Shown here one piece after another: positions 29,144 to 38,606 of a stretch of DNA of 64,000 bases (its first letter is position 1; each line of letters starts with the position of its first letter). The DNA lies in NCBI GenBank assembly GCA_034007745.1, contig JAVEQI010000001.1, positions 118,531-182,530 of the forward strand, written 5' to 3'. The notes beneath the pieces are model-generated. The model was not told the origin of the DNA. It worked only from the letters and a program-made list of their open reading frames with translations, and ran no database searches. Source of the stretch: Desulfobacterium sp. (GTDB lineage Bacteria; Desulfobacterota; Desulfobacteria; Desulfobacterales; Desulfobacteraceae). The translations under genes were made by a program, and so were the position numbers.

Positions 29144-30037
29144 CTATTTACCTAGGGCAAACTGAGCTGATTTCAAGGTGTTCTTCATGAGCATGGCAAT
29201 GGTCATGGGTCCGACACCGCCGGGAACTGGCGTTATCTTACCGGCAATTTCCTTTGCCTTGTCAAAGTCAACATCACCCTTGAGGATGGCCTTGCCGGTC
29301 TTTTCGTTCATACCGACCCTGTTGACCCCCACATCAATGACCGTGGAACCCGGTTTAATCCATTCGGGTTTTACGAGATCAGGCACACCTGCCGCAACAA
29401 TCAGGATATCGGCCCGCTTGCAATGGGCTGCAAGGTCCTTGGTGCGGGTATGAACGATGGTGACGGTTGCGTTTGCACCCACACCCTTCTGGGCCATCAT
29501 CATGGCAATGGGTTTTCCAACGATGTTAGAACGGCCCACCACAACGACCTCGGCACCTGAAGTTTCTGTACCCGACCGAATAATCATCTCCTGGATGCCG
29601 GCCGGGGTGCAGGGCAGAAACTTCGCCTCGTCCCCGCCGATCATGAGACGACCTACATTAACCGGATGAAAGGCGTCCACGTCCTTGTCAGGATTGATGG
29701 CGTTGAGAACCTTTTTCTCATCAATGTGCTTGGGAAGGGGAAGCTGAACAAGGATACCGTGAATCTCAGGATCCTTGTTGTATTTATCGATCAGGGCAAG
29801 AAGATCGGCCTCAGGTATATCATCTGGCTGATCGTCCTGGATCTCTTTAAAGCCGACGCTAAGGGCCGTCTTCACCTTGAGGGTAACATAACTTATGGAA
29901 GCAGGACTGCTGCCGACAAGGATAGTCACAAGACCTGGAACCTTGCCGTGTTTTGCCTTCATCTCCTCTACGTCCTTCTTTACCTCTTCAAGAATCTGCT
30001 TGCGTATTTCAGTTCCACTGATAATTTCTGCACTCAT
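29144..30037 (-). CDS. folD: Bifunctional methylene-THF dehydrogenase / methenyl-THF cyclohydrolase
   Basis: Full-length FolD (PGLVTILVG, ILVQLPLP, VVVGRSNIVGKP, TPVPGGVGPMT). Confidence 0.92.
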   Translation of the reverse strand: MSAEIISGTEIRKQILEEVKKDVEEMKAKHGKVPGLVTILVGSSPASISYVTLKVKTALSVGFKEIQDDQPDDIPEADLLALIDKYNKDPEIHGILVQLPLPKHIDEKKVLNAINPDKDVDAFHPVNVGRLMIGGDEAKFLPCTPAGIQEMIIRSGTETSGAEVVVVGRSNIVGKPIAMMMAQKGVGANATVTIVHTRTKDLAAHCKRADILIVAAGVPDLVKPEWIKPGSTVIDVGVNRVGMNEKTGKAILKGDVDFDKAKEIAGKITPVPGGVGPMTIAMLMKNTLKSAQFALGK

Positions 30038-30075
30038 TTTTTTCTCCTTTTGAATTAAGGAAACTTAACCTCCGG

Positions 30076-31851
30076 CTAGAATACGCCCTGGACCTTTCCT
30101 GTTTCCACATCAACATCAACACGTTTGAAAGCGGGGTTTGACCCTGTTCCAGGCATGAGGCTTATGGCTCCGGCAACGGGCACGATGAATCCCGCACCGC
30201 CGTAAGTCAAGACCTCCCTGATGGCGAGTCTCCAGTTTGTGGGAACACCCTTGAGCGCAGGGTTGTCCGAAAGGGAAAGATGGGTTTTTACCATGCACAT
30301 ACCAAGCTTTGCCAGCTCGGGGTCTGCCTGGATTCTGGCAAGGGAGACATTTGCCGCATTAGAGTAGTCAACACCGTCTGCCCCATAAACCTCCTTGGCA
30401 ATAAGTTCGATTCTCTCCTTAAGGGGCATATCAAGCTCATAAAGGAACTTGAAATCTGTCTTATCTTCACATGCCTCGATAACGGTTTTTGCAAACTCGA
30501 TTGCGCCGTCACCACCCTTTTCCCAATGGCGGGAAAGGGCTACTCTTGCACCGCCCGCTTCTGCGAGTTCACGAACCTTGGCGATCTCAGCATCGGTATC
30601 CGTGTAAAAAGCGTTGATGCAGACAACCGGGCTGATGCCGGCCTTTTTCACGTTTTTAATGTGATGGACGAGGTTGGCGCATCCCTTTGCAACCCACTCT
30701 ACGTTCTCTGAGCTATACTCTTCCGGCATGGGCTTACCAGGAACCGGAACAGGCGCCCCGCCATGGCATTTAAGGGCACGGATGGTAGCGACGATAACGG
30801 CACAGTTGGGCACCAACCCTGAAAAACGGCACTTTAAGTTCCAGAACTTCTCAAAACCGATATCGGCACCGAATCCAGATTCCGTGACGTGGTAGTCGGC
30901 AAGTTTAAGCCCCACCCTGTCTGCAATGATCGAGCTCTGACCGATGGCGATGTTGGCGAACGGTCCTGCATGGACGAAAACCGGCTGGCCTTCGAGGGTC
31001 TGAATGAGCGAGGGATTAAGCGCGTCAACCATCCATGCCGTCATGGCACCCGCAACCTGAAGGTCTTCGGTGGTAACGGGCTTACCCTTTTTAGTGTAGG
31101 CAACAACGATCTTGCCCATTCTCTCGCGCATGTCTTTAAGATCCGTGGCAACGGCGAGTATGGCCATGACTTCAGACGAAACTGCGATACCAAACTTGGA
31201 TTTCATCATGAAGCCGTCGGATTTTCCATTTACTCCATCGATGCCGATGATGATGTTTCTCAAGGCCTGGCAGCAAAAATCCATGATCCAGCCCATCTCC
31301 ACGTTGGTTGGATCGATGTCGAGGCGCTTCATGCCGGAAAGACGTTCCAACTGCTCGTCCGTATAGTTTCTCTCGTGCTGGAGACGGGATGTCAAGGCTA
31401 CCATTGCAAGGTTGTGGGCGTTCATGATGGCGTTGATGTCGCCGGTAAAGCCAAGGGAAAAAGGAGTCAGGGGGATGCACTGGGCAAGACCGCCGCCTGC
31501 GGCAGAACCCTTGATATTCATGGTGGGGCCGCCCGAAGGCTGACGAATGGCCGCAGATACACTTTTACCAAGCTTGCCAAGCCCCTGTACAAGCCCCATG
31601 GAAGATGTGGATTTTCCTTCACCAAGGGGAGTGGGAGTGATAGCGGTTACATTAATGTATTTACCATCGGGCTTGTCCTTTAGGCGCTCGAGGACCGCAC
31701 GGAAATCAACCTTTGCGATGTAATGGCCCTGGGGAAGCAGCTCCTCCTTGGTCAATCCAAGTTTTTCGCCAATTTCGTAAATCGTGAGCATGTCTTTTTC
31801 TGCGTCCTGGGCAATTTCCCAGTCTGCATGCTTGGTTGGATCTAATGCCAT
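30076..31851 (-). CDS. fhs: Formate--tetrahydrofolate ligase
   Basis: Full-length FTHFS ([27 protein letters not shown]). Confidence 0.92.
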   Translation of the reverse strand: MALDPTKHADWEIAQDAEKDMLTIYEIGEKLGLTKEELLPQGHYIAKVDFRAVLERLKDKPDGKYINVTAITPTPLGEGKSTSSMGLVQGLGKLGKSVSAAIRQPSGGPTMNIKGSAAGGGLAQCIPLTPFSLGFTGDINAIMNAHNLAMVALTSRLQHERNYTDEQLERLSGMKRLDIDPTNVEMGWIMDFCCQALRNIIIGIDGVNGKSDGFMMKSKFGIAVSSEVMAILAVATDLKDMRERMGKIVVAYTKKGKPVTTEDLQVAGAMTAWMVDALNPSLIQTLEGQPVFVHAGPFANIAIGQSSIIADRVGLKLADYHVTESGFGADIGFEKFWNLKCRFSGLVPNCAVIVATIRALKCHGGAPVPVPGKPMPEEYSSENVEWVAKGCANLVHHIKNVKKAGISPVVCINAFYTDTDAEIAKVRELAEAGGARVALSRHWEKGGDGAIEFAKTVIEACEDKTDFKFLYELDMPLKERIELIAKEVYGADGVDYSNAANVSLARIQADPELAKLGMCMVKTHLSLSDNPALKGVPTNWRLAIREVLTYGGAGFIVPVAGAISLMPGTGSNPAFKRVDVDVETGKVQGVF

Positions 31852-32042
31852 GGTTAACTCCTTTTTAATTGTTGGGGCTCAGGGAACCGAGCCCGTTAGG
31901 TCTTAAACACATGATCTAAATTACCATTAATTTTCAAATGATCATATTCCAATAATAGAGCATATGAGTCAAGCACTATTTAGGAATTTCGAAAAAAACA
32001 GATCACATATTTTGACCTGATTCACAACCCGAACAATAATGA

Positions 32043-32079
32043 TTTCCCATTAAATAAATTGAATTTATTTAATGGGAAA
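32043..32079. promoter_or_regulatory. 37-nt perfect palindrome in the fhs / acs divergent control region
   Basis: TTTCCCATTAAATAAATT-G-AATTTATTTAATGGGAAA with 18-nt arms and no mismatch. Confidence 0.5.
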
Positions 32080-32151
32080 ATCGCATCTATTTCGCCCCTG
32101 TTTTTTTGCTCTGTTTTTTCAATACCCTGCAACAATTAATTTATTCCACTA

Positions 32152-32179
32152 TTGACAAAAGCAGATCCGGGTTATAAAT
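32152..32179 (+). promoter_or_regulatory. Possible sigma70-type promoter of the acs operon
   Basis: TTGACA (32152-57), N15, TATAAAT. This would give a leader of about 235 nt. Spacing is ambiguous. Confidence 0.3.
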
Positions 32180-32419
32180 CATGATACTATAGAAACCAAA
32201 GGTCACCTTGGTTTAACGAGCACAACAACCTTTTTTTGGGGAAGGGAGGAATGACTGTTATCAAATCATCCATACAACCGGCTGACTCAATTGTCGTTCC
32301 ATGCCGTCCCACAGGTCCTGGCTTTTTGCCTTTTGTGTTTCCTATGATCTTATCTACATTTGATCATTTTTTTTATATCCAATCTGCAACCAATAACTAT
32401 CACTTATAAGGAGGTAAAA

Positions 32420-33703
32420 GTGGGATTTGAAATCACGAAAGAATCCTATGCCGGAGCGATAAAGGGAATAACAATCGGTAAGGGAGATACTGCCATTACC
32501 GTGGGAGGTCAGACCAGCTATCCCTTTTATCAGTTTGAAGGAAAGATGCCCCACAAGCCCGTTATTGCCATGGAGATCTGGGACATGGAACCCGAAGAGT
32601 GGCCAGCTTCAATTGTCGCACCCTTTAAGGACGTTTTAAACGACCCTGCAGCCTGGGCAAAAAAATGCGTGGAGGAGTACGGAGCAGACATCATCGTTCT
32701 TCAGCTCAAGAGCATTGATCCAAACGACAAGAATGCAACGCCTGACGAGGCTGCGGCAACGGTAAAAAAAGTACTGGCTGCCATCGAGGTACCCCTGATT
32801 ATATGGGGATGCACCTCCCCGGCTAAAGATGAAGAGGTCCTTAAAAAAATTGCAGCTGAGTGTGATGGAGAAAACCTGATTCTGGGTCCTGTGGAGGAAA
32901 AGAACCATAAGGGCATCGGTGCAGCGGCAATGGGCTACAAACACACCATCGTCTCCTCATCCCCCATTGACGTAAACCTTGCGAAACAGGTCAACATCCT
33001 CCTTGAGAATCTTGGCATGCCCCTTGACAGGGTCCTTGTGGACCCGACCACAGGTGGTCTTGGATACGGCCTGGAGTACACCTACTCGGTAATGGAGCGC
33101 CTAAACATGGCAGCCCTGACCCAGGGGGACGACAAGCTTCAACTGCCCATGATCAACAACCTTGCCAACGAAATCTGGAAGTGCAAAGAGGCAAAACAAC
33201 CCGTTGAAGAGGCACCAACACTCGGAGATCCAGAGCGCCGGGGCATCCTCATGGAGGCCGTCGGTGCCGTAACCTACCTCATGGCAGGCTCCAGCATCCT
33301 TATCATGCGTCATCCAGAGTCGATCAAGCTGGTTAAATCCTTTATAGATCTCATCTCGGACGGTGGCTCAGCCATGAACGTGGCTCCCATTACAAAACGG
33401 CTGGATGACGTTGAGATTGACTTTGCAGAACTTGCCCCTGCACCAGATCTCACCATGGAGGAAGAGAAAAAAGCCGCCCCTGCAAAGGCTGCTGCTGCTC
33501 CTAAGAAAGAAGCTGCTGTTCCGGCCGCATCTCCGGCTCCCGCCGCTGCCACAGAAGATCCCATCGAGGCCGCAGCAAAGAGCCTTGGAATCGACCTTGC
33601 CGCTCTCTTGACAAAAAGAGGCTGCACCAAACAAGACATTCAGCATACGGCAGATCAGCACAAAATGACCGTTGCCCAAGTCATTGAGAAACTAAACGCT
33701 TAA
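32420..33703 (+). CDS. acsD: Corrinoid iron-sulfur protein small subunit (AcsD/CdhD) with a C-terminal Ala/Pro-rich linker and an extra ~45-aa helical domain
   Basis: The N-terminal ~340 aa match the CdhD/AcsD TIM-barrel family (ITVGGQTSYPF, IVLQL, DPTTGGLGYGLEY). GTG 32420 follows AAGGAGG. The tail is EEEKKAAPAKAAAAPKKEAAVPAASPAPAAATEDP plus IEAAAKSLGIDLAALLTKRG... Confidence 0.8.
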   Translation: MGFEITKESYAGAIKGITIGKGDTAITVGGQTSYPFYQFEGKMPHKPVIAMEIWDMEPEEWPASIVAPFKDVLNDPAAWAKKCVEEYGADIIVLQLKSIDPNDKNATPDEAAATVKKVLAAIEVPLIIWGCTSPAKDEEVLKKIAAECDGENLILGPVEEKNHKGIGAAAMGYKHTIVSSSPIDVNLAKQVNILLENLGMPLDRVLVDPTTGGLGYGLEYTYSVMERLNMAALTQGDDKLQLPMINNLANEIWKCKEAKQPVEEAPTLGDPERRGILMEAVGAVTYLMAGSSILIMRHPESIKLVKSFIDLISDGGSAMNVAPITKRLDDVEIDFAELAPAPDLTMEEEKKAAPAKAAAAPKKEAAVPAASPAPAAATEDPIEAAAKSLGIDLAALLTKRGCTKQDIQHTADQHKMTVAQVIEKLNA

Positions 33704-33724
33704 TTTCAGGGGAGAATAATCACA

Positions 33725-34117
33725 ATGGCAATAGATCTTTTTGCAAACGAACCTAAGGCACCCAAGGATCTTTTTGGAGCAGAGCCTGCCGTGGATCCAG
33801 CTGCTGAGGCAAAGGCTGCGGCAGATGCCGAGGCTGAAAAGGCTGCAAAGGCAAAGGCAGCAGCAGATGCCGCTGCAAAGGCTGAGGCTGAGATAAAAGC
33901 CAAGGCAAAAGCCGAAGCAGATGCCATAGATAAGTTAGAGGCAGAAGAGCAGGCTTTAAGGGACAAAAGAGCCCAGGAAAGGGCTGAGAATGCGGCAAAA
34001 CGAGCAACTGAACCAAAGAAAAAACAGGTCTCCATGACAGCGGCCAGTGTACAGCTGTCAGAACTTGACAAGATACTTGAAAGCCTGAATAGGACACACA
34101 GAAGGCATACTGCCTAG
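33725..34117 (+). CDS. Ala/Lys/Glu-rich low-complexity (coiled-coil-like) protein encoded inside the acs operon
   Basis: RBS AGGGGAG lies 9 nt before the ATG. Sequence: AEAKAAADAEAEKAAKAKAAADAAAKAEAEIKAKAKAEADAIDKLEAEEQALRDKRAQERAENAAKRA. It fills the acsD-cooS gap exactly. Coding status is plausible but unproven. Confidence 0.5.
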   Translation: MAIDLFANEPKAPKDLFGAEPAVDPAAEAKAAADAEAEKAAKAKAAADAAAKAEAEIKAKAKAEADAIDKLEAEEQALRDKRAQERAENAAKRATEPKKKQVSMTAASVQLSELDKILESLNRTHRRHTA

Positions 34118-34183
34118 GTTCATTAAAACGGCTGTCATATTTTATGTACATGGAATTACACACAATAGGAGGAGGAACCTCTA

Positions 34184-36220
34184 ATGGCAGAAGCAAAGAA
34201 AGCAACGGTTGCCAAGAAAGAAAAGGCAACCAAACTCGCAAATCCCATGGAAGCAACCATTGACGTAGCATCCCAGCAGTTGATTGCCCGGGCCCAGGAA
34301 CTTGGCATAGACACCATCTTTGACAGAGCTGTTACCATGAAGGCCTGTAACATCGGTACCCAGGGAATTTGCTGCAAAAATTGTTCAATGGGTCCCTGCA
34401 GGCTGCCCCTTCCCAAGGCTGGCATTGAAGGCAAAGACACGCGAAAGGGCCTTTGCGGTGCAACACCCAATACAATTGCGGCACGTAACTTCATCAGAAT
34501 GATTGCAGGCGGTGCAGCCGCCCACTCAGACCACGGCAGGGGCGTTGCTGAAGTTTTCCTTGCCGCAGCCCGCCAGGAAACCGATGCCTACAAGATCAAA
34601 GATACGGTAAAACTCATGGCCCTTGCCCCCACCCTTGGCGTGGCAACCACCGTTGAAGTTGACGGTGAGACAAAGGACAGGGATATTTATGAAATTGCCG
34701 TTGAAGTTGGCGAGATAGCCCTTGCGGAGTGGGGAAAACCTGAGGGAGAGCTTCTCAACCTAAAACGGGCCCCAAAACCACTCTATGAAAAATGGAAAAA
34801 ACTGGGTGTTCTTCCCAGAAACATTGACCGCGAGATCGTCGAAATCATGCACCGGACCCACATGGGTGTTGACCAGGACTACAAGAACCTCATGAAACAG
34901 GGAACCCGTGCAGCCCTTGCAGACGGATGGGGCGGCTCAATGCTCGCAACCGATCTCCAGGACGTTCTGTTCGGAACCCCCTTCCCCCTCCAGAGCGAGG
35001 CAAACCTCGGTATCATGAAGGAGGATCATGTCAACATCATCGTCCACGGTCATGAGCCCATTCTTTCCGAAATTATCGTTGCCGTTGCCCAGAGCCAGGA
35101 GATGATCGACTATGCCAAGAGCAAGGGCGCCAAGGGCATCCAGCTTGGAGGCATCTGCTGCACGGCCAATGAGCTTCTCCAGCGCCACGGCATTCCAACT
35201 GCGGCCACCTTCCTCCAGCAGGAACTCGCCATCATCACTGGTGCCTGTGATGCCATGGTTGTTGATATCCAGTGCATCATGGAAAACATCGCCAACGTAG
35301 CAGAATGTTTCCATACAAAGATCATCACCACCCACCCCATCGCAAGAATGGAGGAGAAGAGCGTTCTCCACATCGAGTTTGACGAGCACCATGCCCTTGA
35401 AGATGCAACACGCATCGTTAAAATCGCCATAGACAACTTTGAAAACCGCAACCGTGAAGTGATGATACCCCAGCAGAAAGCAACCCAGATTGCAGGATTC
35501 GGAGTTGAATCCATTCAATACCATCTGGGCGGAACCTTCAGGGGTACCTACTACACCTTGAACGACAACATAATCAACGGCCGCATCCGCGGTATAGCAG
35601 GCGTCGTAGGCTGCAACAATGCAAGAACCAAGCACAATGACGGTCATGTAAGGGTTGTTAAGGAGCTGATCAAAAACGACGTGATCGTTCTCACCACCGG
35701 CTGTAATGCAATAGCCTGCGCCATGGCGGGTCTCCTGACCCCAGAAGCTGCCGCTGTCCATTGCGGACCGGGGCTTGCCGAGGTGTGTGAGGTTGTGGGT
35801 ATTCCGCCGGTCCTTCACCTAGGATCCTGCGTTGACAACTCAAGAATTCTGCTTGCCGCAACAGAAGTTGTAAAGGCAGGCGGCCTTGGCCACGATATCT
35901 GTGATCTTCCGGTTGCAGGCAGCGCCCCTGAGTGGATGAGCGAAAAGGCGATTTCCATTGGTCACTATTTTGTGGCATCCGGCGTTTACACCGTATTCGG
36001 AGTAACCCTGCCCACATCCGGAGCACCTGTGTTCCACGACTACCTGACCAAGGGATTTGAAGGCATTACAGGCGGAATGTGGGACCTTGAGATTGATCCC
36101 ATCAAGCACGCCCATAAGATGATTGCCCACATTGACAAGAAACGTAAGGAACTTGGCATTGACAAGGCAAGGGAAAGGGTCCTCATGGATATGGCTGATC
36201 GCCAGGCCCTGGAGGCGTAA
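34184..36220 (+). CDS. acsA: Ni-Fe carbon monoxide dehydrogenase catalytic subunit
   Basis: CooS/AcsA family: CNIGTQGICCKNCSMGPCRL (B/D-cluster Cys), HGHEP, GICCTANE, LGSCVDNSR. Confidence 0.92.
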   Translation: MAEAKKATVAKKEKATKLANPMEATIDVASQQLIARAQELGIDTIFDRAVTMKACNIGTQGICCKNCSMGPCRLPLPKAGIEGKDTRKGLCGATPNTIAARNFIRMIAGGAAAHSDHGRGVAEVFLAAARQETDAYKIKDTVKLMALAPTLGVATTVEVDGETKDRDIYEIAVEVGEIALAEWGKPEGELLNLKRAPKPLYEKWKKLGVLPRNIDREIVEIMHRTHMGVDQDYKNLMKQGTRAALADGWGGSMLATDLQDVLFGTPFPLQSEANLGIMKEDHVNIIVHGHEPILSEIIVAVAQSQEMIDYAKSKGAKGIQLGGICCTANELLQRHGIPTAATFLQQELAIITGACDAMVVDIQCIMENIANVAECFHTKIITTHPIARMEEKSVLHIEFDEHHALEDATRIVKIAIDNFENRNREVMIPQQKATQIAGFGVESIQYHLGGTFRGTYYTLNDNIINGRIRGIAGVVGCNNARTKHNDGHVRVVKELIKNDVIVLTTGCNAIACAMAGLLTPEAAAVHCGPGLAEVCEVVGIPPVLHLGSCVDNSRILLAATEVVKAGGLGHDICDLPVAGSAPEWMSEKAISIGHYFVASGVYTVFGVTLPTSGAPVFHDYLTKGFEGITGGMWDLEIDPIKHAHKMIAHIDKKRKELGIDKARERVLMDMADRQALEA

Positions 36221-36289
36221 CCTCAAAAAGGTCATAAAGATAAAGCTTAATATAAATATAATGATAAATCCTCAAAGAAGGAGGAACGA

Positions 36290-38503
36290 ATGTCAAAATT
36301 AATAGCATTTGCAGCTATTCAGGGTGGATATAAAGTAGTGTCAGAGGTTGAAGGCCTCTATAATAAAGCCCTTGCCACCTTTAGTGCAGATACAAAAGTT
36401 GAATTCCCCAACACGGCCTATTACCTTCCTGTCATCTACTCCCTGACTGGAATGAAGGTCGAAACTCTGGAAGATATCAAAAAACCCCTTGCCTTTGCAA
36501 GGGGCCTTCTCCCCCCCCATGTAAAGGGCACGAACCACCTTCCCTACCTTGGACCACTCCTTGACGCTGGAATGGCCGGCATCATCGCCTACGAGATCAA
36601 AGAGGCATTAAGGATCGTGAATGAGCCTGATTTCTACGTACCCCAGGAAGATCCAGATATCGAGGCCGGTAAGCTCTGGACAGGCCCTGCGGATGATACA
36701 ATCCTCAGGAAAAGGGGCGTTGAATTTGTTGACGGCTCTGCACCTGGATTTGCAGCCATTGTAGGAGCGGCTCCAACTTCTCAAATTGCAAAGATGATTG
36801 TGGAAGATTACCAGAAAAAGAGTCTCTACATCTTCTGCGCCGCCAACCACAATGGTAAAACCGTGATTGAGCAGCTGATTGAAGAAGGTGTTCAGATAGG
36901 GTGGAATACCCGAATCGTGCCCTTTGGACCGGACATCTCTTCCGCCGTATTTGCCCTTGGTTTTGCTAACAGGGCGGCCATGGCCTTTGGCGGGGTTCAG
37001 CCTGGAGATTACAGAAAGATCCTCATGTACAACAAGGAGAGAATCTTTGCCTTTGTAAACGCCCTTGGTGACATTGGAACTGAATGGGGTGTTGCTGCGG
37101 CCGGCTGCGTAAACTGGGGTTTCCCCACCATCGCTGACACGGATATTCCTCAAATCCTTCCCACGGGTATCTGCACCTACGAGCATGTGGTTACAAACGT
37201 ACCCCATGACGAGATCTGCCAGAAATCCATTGAGGTAAGGGGTCTCAAGGTAACGGTATCTGAGATAGATATCCCCCTGGCCTTTGGTCCGGCCTTTGAG
37301 GGAGAAAGGGTTCGTGGAGCCGATCTCCACGCCCAGTGCGGCGGTGGAAAGACCCAGTGTACCGAGCTTGTCAAGATGGCCCAGATGAACGAGATAGAAG
37401 ATGGAAAGGTAATTCTTGTGGGACCGGACGTAACAGACCTCAAGGTCGGAGACACCTTCCCCCTTGGAATCTTTGTCCAGATCGCAGGTCGGGAATTCCA
37501 GGAAGATTTCGAACCGATCATGGAGCGCCAGATCCATCACCTGGTAAACTACATCCAGGGTATCATGCATATAGGCCAGAGGGATATCTCCTGGATTCGT
37601 GTATCCAAGGCAGCCATGGAAAAGGGATTTAGCCTCAAGGATATAGGTGTGGTTCTCCATGCCAAGTTCCACCAGGATTTCACCAAGATCCTGGACAAGG
37701 TCCAGGTCACCCTCTATACAAAGGCAGAGGATGTTAAGAAACTTACGGAAACGGCCAGGGCCGAGTACCAGACCCGTGATTCCAGGGTAGACAACATGAA
37801 GGACGAGGATGTAGAGATCTACTACTCCTGCTCCCTGTGCCAGAGTTTTGCCCCAAACCATGTATGCTCTGTGAGCCCTGAGAGAACAGGGCTATGCGGT
37901 GCCTACAACTGGATGGACTGTAAGGCCGCCTTTGAGATCAACCCCACAGGCCCCAACCAGCCCATTGAAAAGGGCGAATGCATTGATCCAGTACTTGGTC
38001 AGTGGAAGGGCGTCAACGACTTTGTCTACAAGGCTTCAAGGGGTGCTGTTACCCATTACAACTTTTATTCCCTAGTTCATGACCCCATGACAACCTGCGG
38101 GTGCTGCGAGTGTATCGCTGCAATGCTTCCATCGTGCAACGGGGTAATGACCGTTGGCCGTGAGTATCCCGGAGAAACCCCCTGCGGCATGAAGTTCACC
38201 ACCCTTGCCGGTGTCATGGGCGGTGGTGCTTCTTCCCCCGGATTTGTGGGCCATTCCAAGCACAACATCACCCAGGGCAAGTTCATCCTGGGCGACGGCG
38301 GGCTCTTAAGAATGGTCTGGATGCCCAAGGCGCTCAAGGAAGAACTGAAAGATCGTATAGAAAAAAGAGGGGCTGAAATGGGTTGTCCCGACCTCTACGA
38401 CATGATCGCCGATGAGACTGTGGGCATAACTGAAGAGGAGATTCTTCCATTTCTCCAGGAAAAAGGGCATCCAGCTCTTACCATGGAATCTCTCATTGGA
38501 TAG
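36290..38503 (+). CDS. acsB: CO-methylating acetyl-CoA synthase
   Basis: AcsB/CdhC family: FPNTAYYLPVIY and the A-cluster motifs CSLCQSFAPNHVC and CGCCEC. Confidence 0.92.
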   Translation: MSKLIAFAAIQGGYKVVSEVEGLYNKALATFSADTKVEFPNTAYYLPVIYSLTGMKVETLEDIKKPLAFARGLLPPHVKGTNHLPYLGPLLDAGMAGIIAYEIKEALRIVNEPDFYVPQEDPDIEAGKLWTGPADDTILRKRGVEFVDGSAPGFAAIVGAAPTSQIAKMIVEDYQKKSLYIFCAANHNGKTVIEQLIEEGVQIGWNTRIVPFGPDISSAVFALGFANRAAMAFGGVQPGDYRKILMYNKERIFAFVNALGDIGTEWGVAAAGCVNWGFPTIADTDIPQILPTGICTYEHVVTNVPHDEICQKSIEVRGLKVTVSEIDIPLAFGPAFEGERVRGADLHAQCGGGKTQCTELVKMAQMNEIEDGKVILVGPDVTDLKVGDTFPLGIFVQIAGREFQEDFEPIMERQIHHLVNYIQGIMHIGQRDISWIRVSKAAMEKGFSLKDIGVVLHAKFHQDFTKILDKVQVTLYTKAEDVKKLTETARAEYQTRDSRVDNMKDEDVEIYYSCSLCQSFAPNHVCSVSPERTGLCGAYNWMDCKAAFEINPTGPNQPIEKGECIDPVLGQWKGVNDFVYKASRGAVTHYNFYSLVHDPMTTCGCCECIAAMLPSCNGVMTVGREYPGETPCGMKFTTLAGVMGGGASSPGFVGHSKHNITQGKFILGDGGLLRMVWMPKALKEELKDRIEKRGAEMGCPDLYDMIADETVGITEEEILPFLQEKGHPALTMESLIG

Positions 38504-38535
38504 TTGACGGATAATATAAACTATTAGAAAAAAAA

Positions 38536-38579
38536 TGACAGGCCCAGGCAGCACCAGAACCATTGCCAGGGGCCTGTCA
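38536..38579 (+). other. Intra-operon hairpin between acsB and acsC (no T-run)
   Basis: TGACAGGCCC pairs with GGGCCTGTCA (10 bp). Confidence 0.4.
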
Positions 38580-38606
38580 TCTTAAACAAACATACGAGGT
38601 GAAAAA

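Noticed and set aside
33310-34494. Several long minus-strand ORFs (33310..33639, 33368..33679, 33706..34071, 33753..34271, 34156..34494) opposite the AcsD tail and the Ala-rich ORF.
   Set aside because: They are mirror-image artefacts of GC-rich, GCN-repeat low-complexity coding sequence. They lack an RBS and overlap strongly supported plus-strand genes.
36608-37861. 417-aa minus-strand ORF inside acsB. Similar long antisense ORFs occur at 34937..35818 (in cooS), 30889..31683 (in fhs), 61935..62687 (in pat), 25382..26029 (in acd) and 1732..2271 (in the RnfB/GltD gene).
   Set aside because: Each lies wholly antisense to a gene with unmistakable family motifs. None has a recognisable motif or start context. 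These are typical shadow ORFs.
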